Source: an uncultured virus (IMG/VR IMGVR_UViG_3300046516_000137) (lineage: Duplodnaviria > Heunggongvirae > Uroviricota > Caudoviricetes). Taken from it: 64,000 nt of DNA. The position numbers were made by a program, and so were the translations under genes. The stretch lies in the IMG/VR virus record IMGVR_UViG_3300046516_000137. One strand, given 5' to 3'. Below the pieces are notes generated by a model. The model had not been told where the DNA came from, ran no database searches, and saw nothing but the letters and a program-made list of their open reading frames with translations. Shown in pieces: positions 9,566-19,972 of this stretch. The first letter of the stretch is position 1, and each line of letters starts with the position of its first letter.

Positions 9566-11998
9566 TTAACTAACTGGTTGAGCAAACTTAAGAGTATAAG
9601 TTTCTCCAACAGGAAGAACAGAAGGTAAAGCTACATTCAATCTGTTAAGTTTATTAGTGTAGTTACTGTAATAGTAAGATCTACTGTTATTAACTACTCC
9701 ACCAGATTCCCACTGGTAATCAGAAGTAGAGAATCCACCATCAAAGAAGGAATTTACATTCTGACTTTCTTCTACAAGAATTGAATCAACCCAGAAAGTA
9801 AAGACAGGTTGAAGAATATAGTTCCCATACATTACATAGAAGTAGAAACTGTAGTCCTGTACTCCACCTGGTGGAACAGTATAGGTGGTTGAAATTCTGG
9901 TCCAACCATTGACTGTGTTGGTAGCTTTAACAGCATTGGTACTCAGTGCATTTACACCAGTGAAATTAGAGTCGTAGAAGTTCATCATTACATCTGGACA
10001 ACCAAGACTCTGCTTTACATAGGCAGAGATAGTATATGTATGTCCTATCTTCAATCCTTGTACTACTGGGACACTTGCTCCACCAGTAAAGCTTCCTGGA
10101 GTAGAAGTTCCTAATTGTCCTGTGGTGGTATTACCTGAGAATGAACCTGAAGGAGCTACAAAGTTTACCTTCATGGAACCAAGGGAATTGAATCCAGTAG
10201 TTCCATCCCATGACATTGTTACTGGATTAGGAGTACCTGACGTATTTACATTCGTCTGGCTCCAACCAGTTGTGTTGGTATTGAAACCAGCGTTCATCAC
10301 ATAGTTGACCCTGTCAGCATTTACCACAATATCAGCATTACGGGGATTGGAATATGCTGGTGTCACTTGTCCAGCTATAAAGGTATTAGTTCCTACAATA
10401 TAGTGATTGTCCATATGGACAGTTTCTATAAGACTTCCTGAATTTATAACGACAGGAACTACTGCCATCCATACAGAATTAGTAGGTGCTGGTACACCGG
10501 CGGTATTTATAATACCTGTCTGCCAAGTTCCACCACCAGGATGCACGTTCATATTGGAAATGGTTGCGCTGGCAATAGTATTACTGGCTCCTGCTGTAAG
10601 GATATTGAAGTTGGCGTCATAGTACAGAATTGTCGCAAACCAGTTTGTGTTGGCTCTTACCGCATACAGAGATACAGAAGCATACAGGCTTTCATAGGTA
10701 GCATTCTGTAGTAGCACTGATGCCATTCCCGCCTTTTGCGGTAGCGGGTAGTAAGCCAGCTGTCCTGTTCCTATTGTTGTAGGAGAGGCTGTGCTGATGA
10801 CCTTCCCCGAATAAGCTCCTGTCAGAGTTATGTCCGAACTTCTGAAAGTCGTAAGAACTCCTGGTCCGGAACCATAACAGCACTGATTTACATACAGGGA
10901 AGCGTCTAGGGACAGACGGTTGCTTATTCCTACCAATGAATTGGGAGACAACTGCACGCTGCTGAGGAAATTCGTACCTGTCTGCGGAATTGCATGGCTG
11001 TTGGCATCAATAGAAGCGTACTCAGCAGGCTGCCAGTAAGAACCATCACGGTACTGTGTAGGAGCACTGAGGGTTGCCAGTGAACGAACCCACTTGTTCT
11101 GTGTGAAGGTCGCTCCATTGCTGCTTGTAGCAGAATTGAATATAGGAGCGAAGTAACCGTTGAATCGTGCGGAGTCCAGGTTACCTGCTCCAGTGGTGCT
11201 TCCCTGGCTAAAGGCAAAGTCTGTTACTCCACCCTCAGGTAGTCCCAGAGAGACGTTGAAGTTTGCACGAAGCCCTGAGATGCCGTTTACAGAGGCTTTC
11301 AGCGCGTTGGGAGAAGATAGTACTGCCAGACCGTGTGCGGCTGCTGAAGCCCCTGTTGTGGCCGATAGAGCCAGTGTTGTGCCCGGCAGGTTGATGTGGG
11401 AAACCAGTGCTAGGTTTCCTGGACTCTCAATACCTGTGAATCCTGCAAAGATAGAGACAACCACAGAGGATGTATCCCACAGATAGGAAACACTTCCTAA
11501 CTCTGTCCAGGTGCTTCCGTCAGGAGATACATCGAAATGAAACAGCACAGAGTCATTGCGAATTCTCCAGTAGGCATGGGCAGTAGGATTATAGGCAGGC
11601 ATATTGGAAGCAATATTTACTACGGAACTATTGTTTACACCATAGGCACTGAAGTTACCTTGTGGACCCACGGACATGGTTACATAGTTATTGTTGTTGT
11701 CCTTGACAATAAGAGCTGTCTGGGTCCCGCCGTTTCCAGAAGGAGCAGGAACTATCTTGGCGAAGAAGGAGTCATTGGTTATGTCGTAAAGGGCAGCACC
11801 AAGGTAACTGGGAGTAGATGTAGCCTCAATGTACGGAAGGTTAGTAAGTACATCTATCCCAAAATTTCCACTAGTGGTATTCCACTGGGGATTAAGTAGC
11901 TCAGTACCACCACCATAACTGCCGCTTCCATATCCGAAAGCTCCATAGCCATCGGGTAGAAAGAAGTCAATGAGAGTACTGGTTTTTGGGTTTGCCAT
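9566..11998 (-). CDS. minor tail / receptor-binding protein with carbohydrate-binding-like domains
   Basis: 810 aa, beta-rich; NYVMNAGF..., YTISAYVK, WTRIS, FWVDSILVE resemble CBM4-like modules; last gene of the baseplate block. Confidence 0.7.
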   Translation of the reverse strand: MANPKTSTLIDFFLPDGYGAFGYGSGSYGGGTELLNPQWNTTSGNFGIDVLTNLPYIEATSTPSYLGAALYDITNDSFFAKIVPAPSGNGGTQTALIVKDNNNNYVTMSVGPQGNFSAYGVNNSSVVNIASNMPAYNPTAHAYWRIRNDSVLFHFDVSPDGSTWTELGSVSYLWDTSSVVVSIFAGFTGIESPGNLALVSHINLPGTTLALSATTGASAAAHGLAVLSSPNALKASVNGISGLRANFNVSLGLPEGGVTDFAFSQGSTTGAGNLDSARFNGYFAPIFNSATSSNGATFTQNKWVRSLATLSAPTQYRDGSYWQPAEYASIDANSHAIPQTGTNFLSSVQLSPNSLVGISNRLSLDASLYVNQCCYGSGPGVLTTFRSSDITLTGAYSGKVISTASPTTIGTGQLAYYPLPQKAGMASVLLQNATYESLYASVSLYAVRANTNWFATILYYDANFNILTAGASNTIASATISNMNVHPGGGTWQTGIINTAGVPAPTNSVWMAVVPVVINSGSLIETVHMDNHYIVGTNTFIAGQVTPAYSNPRNADIVVNADRVNYVMNAGFNTNTTGWSQTNVNTSGTPNPVTMSWDGTTGFNSLGSMKVNFVAPSGSFSGNTTTGQLGTSTPGSFTGGASVPVVQGLKIGHTYTISAYVKQSLGCPDVMMNFYDSNFTGVNALSTNAVKATNTVNGWTRISTTYTVPPGGVQDYSFYFYVMYGNYILQPVFTFWVDSILVEESQNVNSFFDGGFSTSDYQWESGGVVNNSRSYYYSNYTNKLNRLNVALPSVLPVGETYTLKFAQPVS

Positions 11999-14335
11999 TT
12001 ACACTGCTCCAGACGCTGAGTACTTGTGAATAATTCCGAATTGCGGAGTACCACTCAAAGGATTGCTTATGTCTACCAGTTGTACCAGGGTTCCCTTACT
12101 GTCTCGGGCATACTTGGATACGATTATATCCGTAGTTGTAATATCTACGACTATACGATCTCCGTCAACAAGTCTGGTCCAGTTGGTCACAAGACTTTCC
12201 ACACCAGCAGCTACCTGGTAAAGACTCTTTCTCGTTACGTAGAAGAAATTGCTGGCATTTACATATCCGAATATAATACCGTGAGCCTTATGAGTAGTGT
12301 CGTTGTAGTCCGTAGCAAAGGTAAGAGCTAGTCTTGCTTGTGCCAGACCAATAGGCTGAAGGATATATTCATACGTAGTGGTGCCTGCGATAGTAGGATC
12401 TACGAATGCCATTCCATGATTTGACTTCCACAATCCTGCTGTTGAAGGTGTAGCTGTCCAAGCTGATGATGGAAGTGTTATGTCAGTGGTTCCATTCAGA
12501 TCCGTATAGTCAGTAATAAATCTGGCCAGACTACCCGTGTACACAGTAGTTGTCGGATATTGAATAGCTATATTTGTCAGGTTGGTTCCATCACTGGCGT
12601 AGAAGTTTGCGTTTACCGCATACTGTAGGGCACCTGTTCCTGTTGCAATACTACCGAAGTATGCGCTGGCAGTATAAACAAACTCAGAAGGCTGTACATA
12701 CACCCAGTTGAGATTGGAGTAGTAGTTACCCGTTGGCTGGTAGTTAGTATTCGGATTAGTAGCAAGGTAGATAATTCCGAAGAACTGAACCTTGTCTCCT
12801 ACTGCATACTGAGTGACTTTGTCCCAAGGCTGTACCTGAGGAATAGGCACACCGTCTTTTACAGTATTAGGACGATCAGTAGTAACGAAATAGAAAGCCT
12901 TCCACACCTGGTTGTTAGTCCCTGGTGTCACTACTGTAGTAGAAGGACCATTAGGAGCAAGTGCTACGTAGTAATATCCGTCTGCTCCAAGTACATAATT
13001 ATTTATTACATAGTTAGCGGCATTGGAATAATTAGGTGTATTGATAGGAGAAATACTGTAGATATCAACAAACCCAGCGTTGAGATTAGTGGTCTGATTA
13101 AATGCTAGAGCATTCCAGTTGTGGATAGTAGTATCCGTAGGGTGGGGTAAACCTGCTACTACACCAGTAAGGGTAGCTGCGGCTCCATTAGGAACAGCCT
13201 GCCATGTGGAGTAGAAAGAAGTCTCAGGATTTAGCAGGGTAGTTGTGTCAAGAACCTGTAGCTGAACCTGCCACCATGTATTGCTTGTTCCCAGTCCTGT
13301 AGGAGCCTGAGCGGTACCAGCAGACTGTACAAGGTTCTTGTAGTTGTATCCGCTGTACTGGATAAGCTGGTTGGGGAAGTAGGTAGTATTCGCACTCCAG
13401 CTATCATAATTTGGATGCACGAATGCGGACTGGTCCCCAGTATTCAGCAGATTTGTATTATAGGTAGACGTAGAATCCCAACCGGCTAGGTCGGCAATAA
13501 GATTGTGTAGACTCTGAGCCTCACCCTTAAGCTGATAGTTCACAGTAGCATTCTTGATACGTTGTCTGCGCTGCTGAGGTGTGGACATGTAATCAGTATT
13601 GATACCTAGTTGCTGGCCCAGAATATCCAAGGATGTAGCAGAAACTCTGTCCGCATTATTAGAGTTCAGATAAAGGTCATAGCTGTTCTTTAGTGTACTG
13701 AGTCCGAATCCGAATACATTCAGATAGTTCTGTAGAGAAGGATTGTCTACAGTAGTGTTTCCGAAAGTGTCAGAGGAAGTAATCTTGTACGGCTGAGGAG
13801 TTCTGTTGTACAGCAGGGAACCATATCCAGAATTACCAAGGGAAAGAGTTGCTGCATATCCTGCTGGATACCATGTAGGTATATATGTTGAAGGACTCCA
13901 GAAGGAACTACCAGCAGCAGGAGTATTACCTGTATTGACAGTTGTAAGACTGCTCCAGTACACACCGTTGTACAGTACCTGCTGATTGGTTACATAGCCT
14001 GTTCCCACATTCCATGTAGGTGCCTCAATAGTGATGAACATGGTGTAGTAGTAGATCGTACCTGTAGTAAGACCTGTATCATCATAGGATCTCACCATAG
14101 TCCCAGGAACGATTTCCTGTAGTAGCACACCATCATTTGCAGTAGAGGGATACCCATAAGTACTACGAACTAGGTGAAGAAACTTCCAGGTGGTTGTATT
14201 AGGAGACTGCCACTGCAACTTGATTTCGTTGTAGTTGGACTGTGAAGCTGTAAAAGGAGTTACACTGTAATCCGCAGGCTGTGAATATCCGTAGAAGTCC
14301 TGCCCATAGATATCGACTCCATAGCCTTTGCTCAT
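11999..14335 (-). CDS. baseplate wedge/tail protein with CBM5/12-like repeats
   Basis: LDILGQQLGI...QRRQRIKNA...KG (gpI-like); repeated W-x5-Y-x5-V/I-x-Y/F-x-G motifs. Confidence 0.75.
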   Translation of the reverse strand: MSKGYGVDIYGQDFYGYSQPADYSVTPFTASQSNYNEIKLQWQSPNTTTWKFLHLVRSTYGYPSTANDGVLLQEIVPGTMVRSYDDTGLTTGTIYYYTMFITIEAPTWNVGTGYVTNQQVLYNGVYWSSLTTVNTGNTPAAGSSFWSPSTYIPTWYPAGYAATLSLGNSGYGSLLYNRTPQPYKITSSDTFGNTTVDNPSLQNYLNVFGFGLSTLKNSYDLYLNSNNADRVSATSLDILGQQLGINTDYMSTPQQRRQRIKNATVNYQLKGEAQSLHNLIADLAGWDSTSTYNTNLLNTGDQSAFVHPNYDSWSANTTYFPNQLIQYSGYNYKNLVQSAGTAQAPTGLGTSNTWWQVQLQVLDTTTLLNPETSFYSTWQAVPNGAAATLTGVVAGLPHPTDTTIHNWNALAFNQTTNLNAGFVDIYSISPINTPNYSNAANYVINNYVLGADGYYYVALAPNGPSTTVVTPGTNNQVWKAFYFVTTDRPNTVKDGVPIPQVQPWDKVTQYAVGDKVQFFGIIYLATNPNTNYQPTGNYYSNLNWVYVQPSEFVYTASAYFGSIATGTGALQYAVNANFYASDGTNLTNIAIQYPTTTVYTGSLARFITDYTDLNGTTDITLPSSAWTATPSTAGLWKSNHGMAFVDPTIAGTTTYEYILQPIGLAQARLALTFATDYNDTTHKAHGIIFGYVNASNFFYVTRKSLYQVAAGVESLVTNWTRLVDGDRIVVDITTTDIIVSKYARDSKGTLVQLVDISNPLSGTPQFGIIHKYSASGAV

Positions 14336-14344
14336 GTGTGCTCC

Positions 14345-15049
14345 TTATATATTGTTCAGTGGAGATGTACCAGCGTGGAAAGCTGTAGTAGGTGGATCTC
14401 TGTGGTAGGTAACAGCCATCATAGCTGTGGCAGTAATACCTGTTGTCAGTACATTCTGTACAGCTATCATTTCAATAGTAGTACCTTGAGTCCAAGGCAG
14501 TGTAATAGAAGCTGACTGGTGATTAGATCTCTGCCATCCCTGAGGGAAGTATCTAAGATCGTCTACGTATTCATATGTTCCACCAGCGGGTAGCGCTCTT
14601 ATACCTAACCCACCTGCTCTGTTAAACGGTGTCTGCTGACTGTCGGCTGGTTGATTGTCTGCGTGCCATCTTATATAGATGTCAAAAGTATATACACCTG
14701 ATCGTGTACAGGTAAGAGTTGGTCCACCACCCCACATATTATGGGTGTCCCAAGTCTTACTGGTCCACTGGATAGGGACAGAGGTATTGTATCCCACGAC
14801 AATATTGTTGGCCCAGACATTGGCGTAAGGCTTTGACTTCCCTTGTCTTACAGACGTTATTCTTGAAGATACAGTAGGCCAGGAAGCAAGCTGCCCATCG
14901 ATAGTGTCCGTATTAGGAAGAACACCTAGTATATTCTGAGTAGCTGATATCTCATCATACGCCACATTTACGTCAGCAGCTTCTACTAGTTCTGTATAGT
15001 CCACACGGTTAGAGAACTTCTTTACTGCGTTAGGATAGATTGCTACCAT
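14345..15049 (-). CDS. minor tail protein
   Basis: Position after baseplate J; beta-rich C-terminus. Confidence 0.65.
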   Translation of the reverse strand: MVAIYPNAVKKFSNRVDYTELVEAADVNVAYDEISATQNILGVLPNTDTIDGQLASWPTVSSRITSVRQGKSKPYANVWANNIVVGYNTSVPIQWTSKTWDTHNMWGGGPTLTCTRSGVYTFDIYIRWHADNQPADSQQTPFNRAGGLGIRALPAGGTYEYVDDLRYFPQGWQRSNHQSASITLPWTQGTTIEMIAVQNVLTTGITATAMMAVTYHRDPPTTAFHAGTSPLNNI

Positions 15050-15058
15050 GGTTACTCC

Positions 15059-16585
15059 TTATGGTGTAGCAGTTACGGATACAACAATATTACCAACAGT
15101 GGGTAGCTCGAAACTTCTCATAAGGATATCCGCAGCACCTGACTGAACAGCATCTGATCGTACAAAGAGAGGAATATTTACATACTGCACACCTGGAATA
15201 TTGTACAGTGCTGAATAAGCAGAGCTAAGGGAGACTCTCCCTCCAAGAACTACATTACTAGGTGCGAATAGATTCTGTATAGCCTGAGTAGCTGCTATCT
15301 GAATAGACGCAGGATTATATCTAGAACTACATCCTATCGTTATTGGAGTGCTGTTGGCTCCCACATTAATAGGTACGAGAGTAGCGGAGTTTACAGTAAC
15401 AGTAGTACCAGCAAGTGCATTGGCCTGTAGGAATGTTGTTGTCTGGTTTATAACAGACTGCGTTGGTAGCACGTTACCGACACCAGTTATGTACACTGTG
15501 ATATTAGTGTAAGTATTTGCTACCGCATTAGCCTGAGAAACAGTCGCAAGACTCATAGCAAGATTGCCGTAGTCCGCAAGGGTTACGGCTCTTTGCTGTG
15601 TAGTGAAGGACTTAGGAGCGTTGACTCTGATCTGGTCTATGCTCTCGGCTGCTGTGCCACCTGTTGTACTTGTGGAGCTTATGATATTGACACCAAGAAT
15701 AGGAGAAGCAATATCAATAATGGAATTAGAAGTAAGGTTGCCTATAGTTCCACCACCTACACGATAGTTAGCATATACCTGTAGACCTGCGGCAGGAATA
15801 GAACCATTGATATTATCGCCGAAGTTGACTGTAACAATTCCCTTGGCATCTACTGTCTCTGCCCATGCCAGATCATTGGACTTGGAGGACTGTAGTGAAT
15901 TGACCTGGTTCCAGGCAAGAATAGGATCTACGTTGGTTACCCCAGGGAAGTTAGGGTTCTGAACGTATACAGTTACCGACCCGCTGACTACAGGATTATT
16001 TGCCAGAGCAAAAGTCTGCAACTGGGAGCCATCAGAGGTTCCAAGTAGTTCTGTAGTGATAGCGAAAGGAGATGCAGTACTATTTCCTATGGTGAATACA
16101 GCTTTTCCCTGTGTTACTCCCTGCACAACCGGCACAGCCACAGTCCCACCGTTTGCAGGAACCGTAGCTGCCTGAGTAGTCTCAAAAACGATAGGACCAT
16201 TGAGACTACTGATGTAGTCAGTTGTTACCTGGGTAGCCAGTGGAATGGGAACTGCTGCTGAAGTAGTAGCAGTCTGAAAGGTAACTGTTCCTGTAGCTGC
16301 TTGAGGTTGCCCTGGTGTATATCCGAGAAGCTGTGCCAGTAGAAGAACAGAGGACAACTGAGTAGCTGTGCCTATATATGCTTCCCCTAGAATACGGTCA
16401 CCATAGTAGGACAGTACGTCTAGTTCTCTGGACAGGGATTCCAGGAGCATGACTTCTAGGCTTCCCGGATTCTGGTTGGTCCATTCTGGGAAAGCTGTTG
16501 TAGCGAATGTCAGCATGGACTGTAAGAAACCTGTGTAGTCCTTACTGGTGTAGTCGATAGCGGGAACACCATTAACCGTTGCCAT
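15059..16585 (-). CDS. baseplate J-like protein
   Basis: IDYTSKDY...PEWT, FGDNINGSIP, YRVGGGTIGN, RAVTLADY. Confidence 0.92.
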   Translation of the reverse strand: MATVNGVPAIDYTSKDYTGFLQSMLTFATTAFPEWTNQNPGSLEVMLLESLSRELDVLSYYGDRILGEAYIGTATQLSSVLLLAQLLGYTPGQPQAATGTVTFQTATTSAAVPIPLATQVTTDYISSLNGPIVFETTQAATVPANGGTVAVPVVQGVTQGKAVFTIGNSTASPFAITTELLGTSDGSQLQTFALANNPVVSGSVTVYVQNPNFPGVTNVDPILAWNQVNSLQSSKSNDLAWAETVDAKGIVTVNFGDNINGSIPAAGLQVYANYRVGGGTIGNLTSNSIIDIASPILGVNIISSTSTTGGTAAESIDQIRVNAPKSFTTQQRAVTLADYGNLAMSLATVSQANAVANTYTNITVYITGVGNVLPTQSVINQTTTFLQANALAGTTVTVNSATLVPINVGANSTPITIGCSSRYNPASIQIAATQAIQNLFAPSNVVLGGRVSLSSAYSALYNIPGVQYVNIPLFVRSDAVQSGAADILMRSFELPTVGNIVVSVTATP

Positions 16586-16600
16586 TAATATCTCTTCTCC

Positions 16601-17020
16601 TTAACCGTTACCTGCTAGAGTAACGTCCTTGACGGTTCCACCAACTTCAACAGTAACCATGTTGGCAGCCGTAGAAGCTGCTGAACCCTGAAGCAATGGA
16701 GAATAGTTTACATTGACTGCTGCCACACCATCATTTGCATTTCCTGTCACAGGCTGAACAGACAGAACCTTTAGACCAGGTTCGTACAGGTTCAACTGCT
16801 GCGTTACAAGAGCGGATAGTTCTGTGGCAATAAAAGCATTATTGGGATCGAATAGAAGCTTTGACAAAGGCAATCCCATTTGGGCACGCATAGCTCGCTG
16901 GCCAACTTCAGTAGAAATAATAGCATCTACTCTCTGCTGAACTTGTGTACTGTTATCAGTCTGTATAGACACGGCACCATTCTGAAGAACAGTGAACGGA
17001 ATTGAAATTTGTGAACCCAT
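16601..17020 (-). CDS. baseplate wedge gp25-like
   Basis: ISIPF...IISTEVGQRAMR...YEP. Confidence 0.85.
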   Translation of the reverse strand: MGSQISIPFTVLQNGAVSIQTDNSTQVQQRVDAIISTEVGQRAMRAQMGLPLSKLLFDPNNAFIATELSALVTQQLNLYEPGLKVLSVQPVTGNANDGVAAVNVNYSPLLQGSAASTAANMVTVEVGGTVKDVTLAGNG

Positions 17021-17034
17021 ATTATTATCCCATA

Positions 17035-17688
17035 CTAAGAAAGGTTACCCAAAGGAACTATGCACTCGTCTACCCAGTACTCATTATTTATAGCTATGCC
17101 GCCACCCATCAGCGTAGTGACACTAACGACACCAGCAGAAGTTATCTGTAGACCGAAGGACGTTACTGTGGCAGCATTATTTCTCTTGGTGTCGGCCCAA
17201 TAAGTAGCTGAAGGACGGTATCCAACAGGTAGTGTGAATACAGCAGAAGAAGGTAATGTTCCTCCGGCCATAAAGCATCCACCAATTACCAGATTGTCTT
17301 CAATATCTAATCTGAATCTCAAGCTCTGATTACCAGTGGTTGTATTGAAGGTAGTAGAAGTCAGCCAGTTTGGATTGTAGGAAGGAGTCTGCCAAGAAGC
17401 GTTGGCTTTTATGAGAGGACTGTTTACCTGTAGAACTCCAGTAGCTCCTAAGTACACATAGGAAGAATTGGTTACATAGAAAGGCTTGGTAACATCTCCC
17501 CCGTTGAATCCGACCCACACTACTGTATTGACATTGGGTACAGGCATCTGTGGATTTATAGGTTCCGCTGATCTGATCTCCGCTGAACCCGCGACCTGAG
17601 GACACTGGACACGTATCTTGCCTGTATTCGTGCTGTCTGTATTGGAAGTAACGACAGCTCTGTACAGCGCATCTAGACTAGGTTGCAT
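17035..17688 (-). CDS. baseplate spike (gp5/gpV OB-fold)
   Basis: YRAVVTSNTD...GKIRVQCPQV...VWVGFNGGDVTKP. Confidence 0.85.
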   Translation of the reverse strand: MQPSLDALYRAVVTSNTDSTNTGKIRVQCPQVAGSAEIRSAEPINPQMPVPNVNTVVWVGFNGGDVTKPFYVTNSSYVYLGATGVLQVNSPLIKANASWQTPSYNPNWLTSTTFNTTTGNQSLRFRLDIEDNLVIGGCFMAGGTLPSSAVFTLPVGYRPSATYWADTKRNNAATVTSFGLQITSAGVVSVTTLMGGGIAINNEYWVDECIVPLGNLS

Positions 17689-18907
17689 AGATAGACGCTC
17701 CTAAGTTAGATGACTTCCAAGTTCCGCCTACCAAGACTGATGGGACAGACTGTGATGTTGCAGCCGTCTGCGCAATGTTGGTAGTCACTGCTGTGTGTAT
17801 CTGGTCTCTCTCTAATTGTGTACTCATCATATATGTAGAAGTGACATGACTTCCATTAGGAGAAGGTAGTTCCAGTGTATGCGTAACACCATGTACCAAC
17901 CATAGACCCTCTTCATCACTTGGAAGAGAATTACCTATAAGATTTACCAGAGTATTCGGCTTGACATGAGAGTCTCCCCACAGATCACTGTCCGCAGTAT
18001 TCCAGTAAAGATTGTTATTGGCATCTGCTGCTGCCTTCTGTGCAGCCTCATAGTAGGACTCAGCAGGAGCTGTGGTGTAGTACTTAGTTATTGTAGGTAC
18101 GTTCAGAACGCCACCAGAAGCATTAGTAACGTTGGCTGTAGAAGTAGCCTGTACCAGATTTGCGGTATTAGGATTAAGTCCTATAACATTTCTATTGGCT
18201 ACGATACCTCCATCAGGAGTTATAGTTCCTACAATAGGTTCGAAGGATCTAATAGTATCCCAGATTCCTGGTGTATTGTATGACCAGAATTGTGGAATGT
18301 TTCTTATATTACTTCTATCCAATATCAATTGAGGATTAACAAAGTACAGATCAGTATTGTCTATATAGAATCTATAACCTATCTCGTCTGCCAACTGGCT
18401 TAGGAACTTGAAGTCACTAGTATTCTGTAGACGGTACTGAATAGCTGATGGATAGCTGTGGACAACAGAGCGGAAACCATTCTGTGTGGCTATAGTTGCT
18501 GCGATTGTAGAAGGACTAGTATGCTTCCACGCCACATTCTTGGTAGTCTGCATGACCTGAGAGGTACCTGTAATGGTGTACTGTACTGTTGTAGTTGTAA
18601 GACCATTGTAACCAGGATCGGCACCAGAACGTAGAAGCTTATACGATGCCACATATCCTAGGAATGGATATACGAAGTAAGGCTTCATTCCATAGTTGAT
18701 AGTTACAGGTGTCTGCTCAGGTATATACTGCCAGCTATTTTTCTTATTCTGTGCGACATTCTTTCCCACATAAACAACATTGAGTAAAGCAATAGTGTGT
18801 GAATTAGTATTCTGAAGGATCTGTACACAAGGAGTGTACTGAGGAACCCTCTGGTTCCCATTGATAAGAACTTCAAAGTAGGGAACTGATGGAGAAGGAT
18901 TAAGCAT
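17678..18907 (-). CDS. baseplate hub (gpD/gp27-like)
   Basis: LQNTSDFKFLSQLADEIGYRFYID; GLWLVHGVTH. Confidence 0.8.
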   Translation of the reverse strand: MLNPSPSVPYFEVLINGNQRVPQYTPCVQILQNTNSHTIALLNVVYVGKNVAQNKKNSWQYIPEQTPVTINYGMKPYFVYPFLGYVASYKLLRSGADPGYNGLTTTTVQYTITGTSQVMQTTKNVAWKHTSPSTIAATIATQNGFRSVVHSYPSAIQYRLQNTSDFKFLSQLADEIGYRFYIDNTDLYFVNPQLILDRSNIRNIPQFWSYNTPGIWDTIRSFEPIVGTITPDGGIVANRNVIGLNPNTANLVQATSTANVTNASGGVLNVPTITKYYTTAPAESYYEAAQKAAADANNNLYWNTADSDLWGDSHVKPNTLVNLIGNSLPSDEEGLWLVHGVTHTLELPSPNGSHVTSTYMMSTQLERDQIHTAVTTNIAQTAATSQSVPSVLVGGTWKSSNLGASIYAT

Positions 18908-19181
18908 TAGGCACTCTGATCTGTGTACCAGCAGGCACACTGTCCCAGAACAGGATCTCAGGATTCACGTTAGCTATTCTCCACCACTGGGTCTCATCAC
19001 CATATGCAGAGAAAGAAAGGTAGTCTATCTGGTCACCATCACTCCACACATGCACTGCGATGTTGTATGTCAGTGGCTGCGTGGGAGGAGTAATAATTAT
19101 AGTAGGTCTGGAAACATTATTTCTATCAGCAATAGGAATAACAGTATTGTCTGCATAACGACTGAACACACTGATTGTCAT
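18900..19181 (-). CDS. LysM-like baseplate protein (gpX)
   Basis: GDQIDYLSFSAYGDETQWWRIANVN...GTQIRVP. Confidence 0.85.
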   Translation of the reverse strand: MTISVFSRYADNTVIPIADRNNVSRPTIIITPPTQPLTYNIAVHVWSDGDQIDYLSFSAYGDETQWWRIANVNPEILFWDSVPAGTQIRVPNA

Positions 19182-19189
19182 AGTTACTC

Positions 19190-19972
19190 CTATCCCGCGA
19201 TGTTGTAGTTATTGGATGATGTAGGCAGAACTGTAAAGGTTACATCCACTTCAGCTCTTACAGGAACCATGGCAGCACTGAAATGGCTCCATGTGATATC
19301 CATACCGGATATAAATCCGTAGAAGGATAGAGCGCCTGGACTATTAGCCCCGAAGTAAAGGTTACAAGGAGATACGATCATTGGTCCTTGAATGGTTACG
19401 TTGGTTTTCTGGGTACCATTGCTACCCTGCTGAGGATTTACCACACTCTGTGTAGCTGCCACAGAAGTATTAATGCCTACCAGATTGTACAGAGATTCTA
19501 TATCTGCTCTTGCTCCATAAGTACCCGCAATAGTTCCTGTATAACTACTATCCCACAACTCAAAGGTTCTATCAAAGAGTAGGGCAAAAGAAATAGTAGT
19601 AGAAAGACCAGTAGCATACTGACCTGTGTCACTCTGATTTCTAGCACTGGCCGGAAGAATACCAGAGTTCATATCAATAGCTCTGGACTCATAGATAGTA
19701 GCAGGATTATAAAGGAAGTTCACTATATAACTTACGTTAGTAGGAACTCCATAATAGGCTCCTGCTCCACCTACAAGCTTTCCTCTTTGCAGATTTCCAC
19801 CAGAGTTATATCCGAAACCATTGTTCAGTCTTGGATTGGTGGCAGAATTTCCACCACCCACATTAAGAATGCTGGGATGGAAGGGTGGATTGGAAACCAC
19901 ATTGGAACCTGGCTTACCACTTAGTGCCGGATACAGATTACCGGAGATCGGCTCATCAACTGTGCTTGGCAT
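19190..19972 (-). CDS. tail tube initiator
   Basis: FLYNPATI...LLFDRT...PVRAEVDVTF; follows the tape measure. Confidence 0.7.
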   Translation of the reverse strand: MPSTVDEPISGNLYPALSGKPGSNVVSNPPFHPSILNVGGGNSATNPRLNNGFGYNSGGNLQRGKLVGGAGAYYGVPTNVSYIVNFLYNPATIYESRAIDMNSGILPASARNQSDTGQYATGLSTTISFALLFDRTFELWDSSYTGTIAGTYGARADIESLYNLVGINTSVAATQSVVNPQQGSNGTQKTNVTIQGPMIVSPCNLYFGANSPGALSFYGFISGMDITWSHFSAAMVPVRAEVDVTFTVLPTSSNNYNIAG

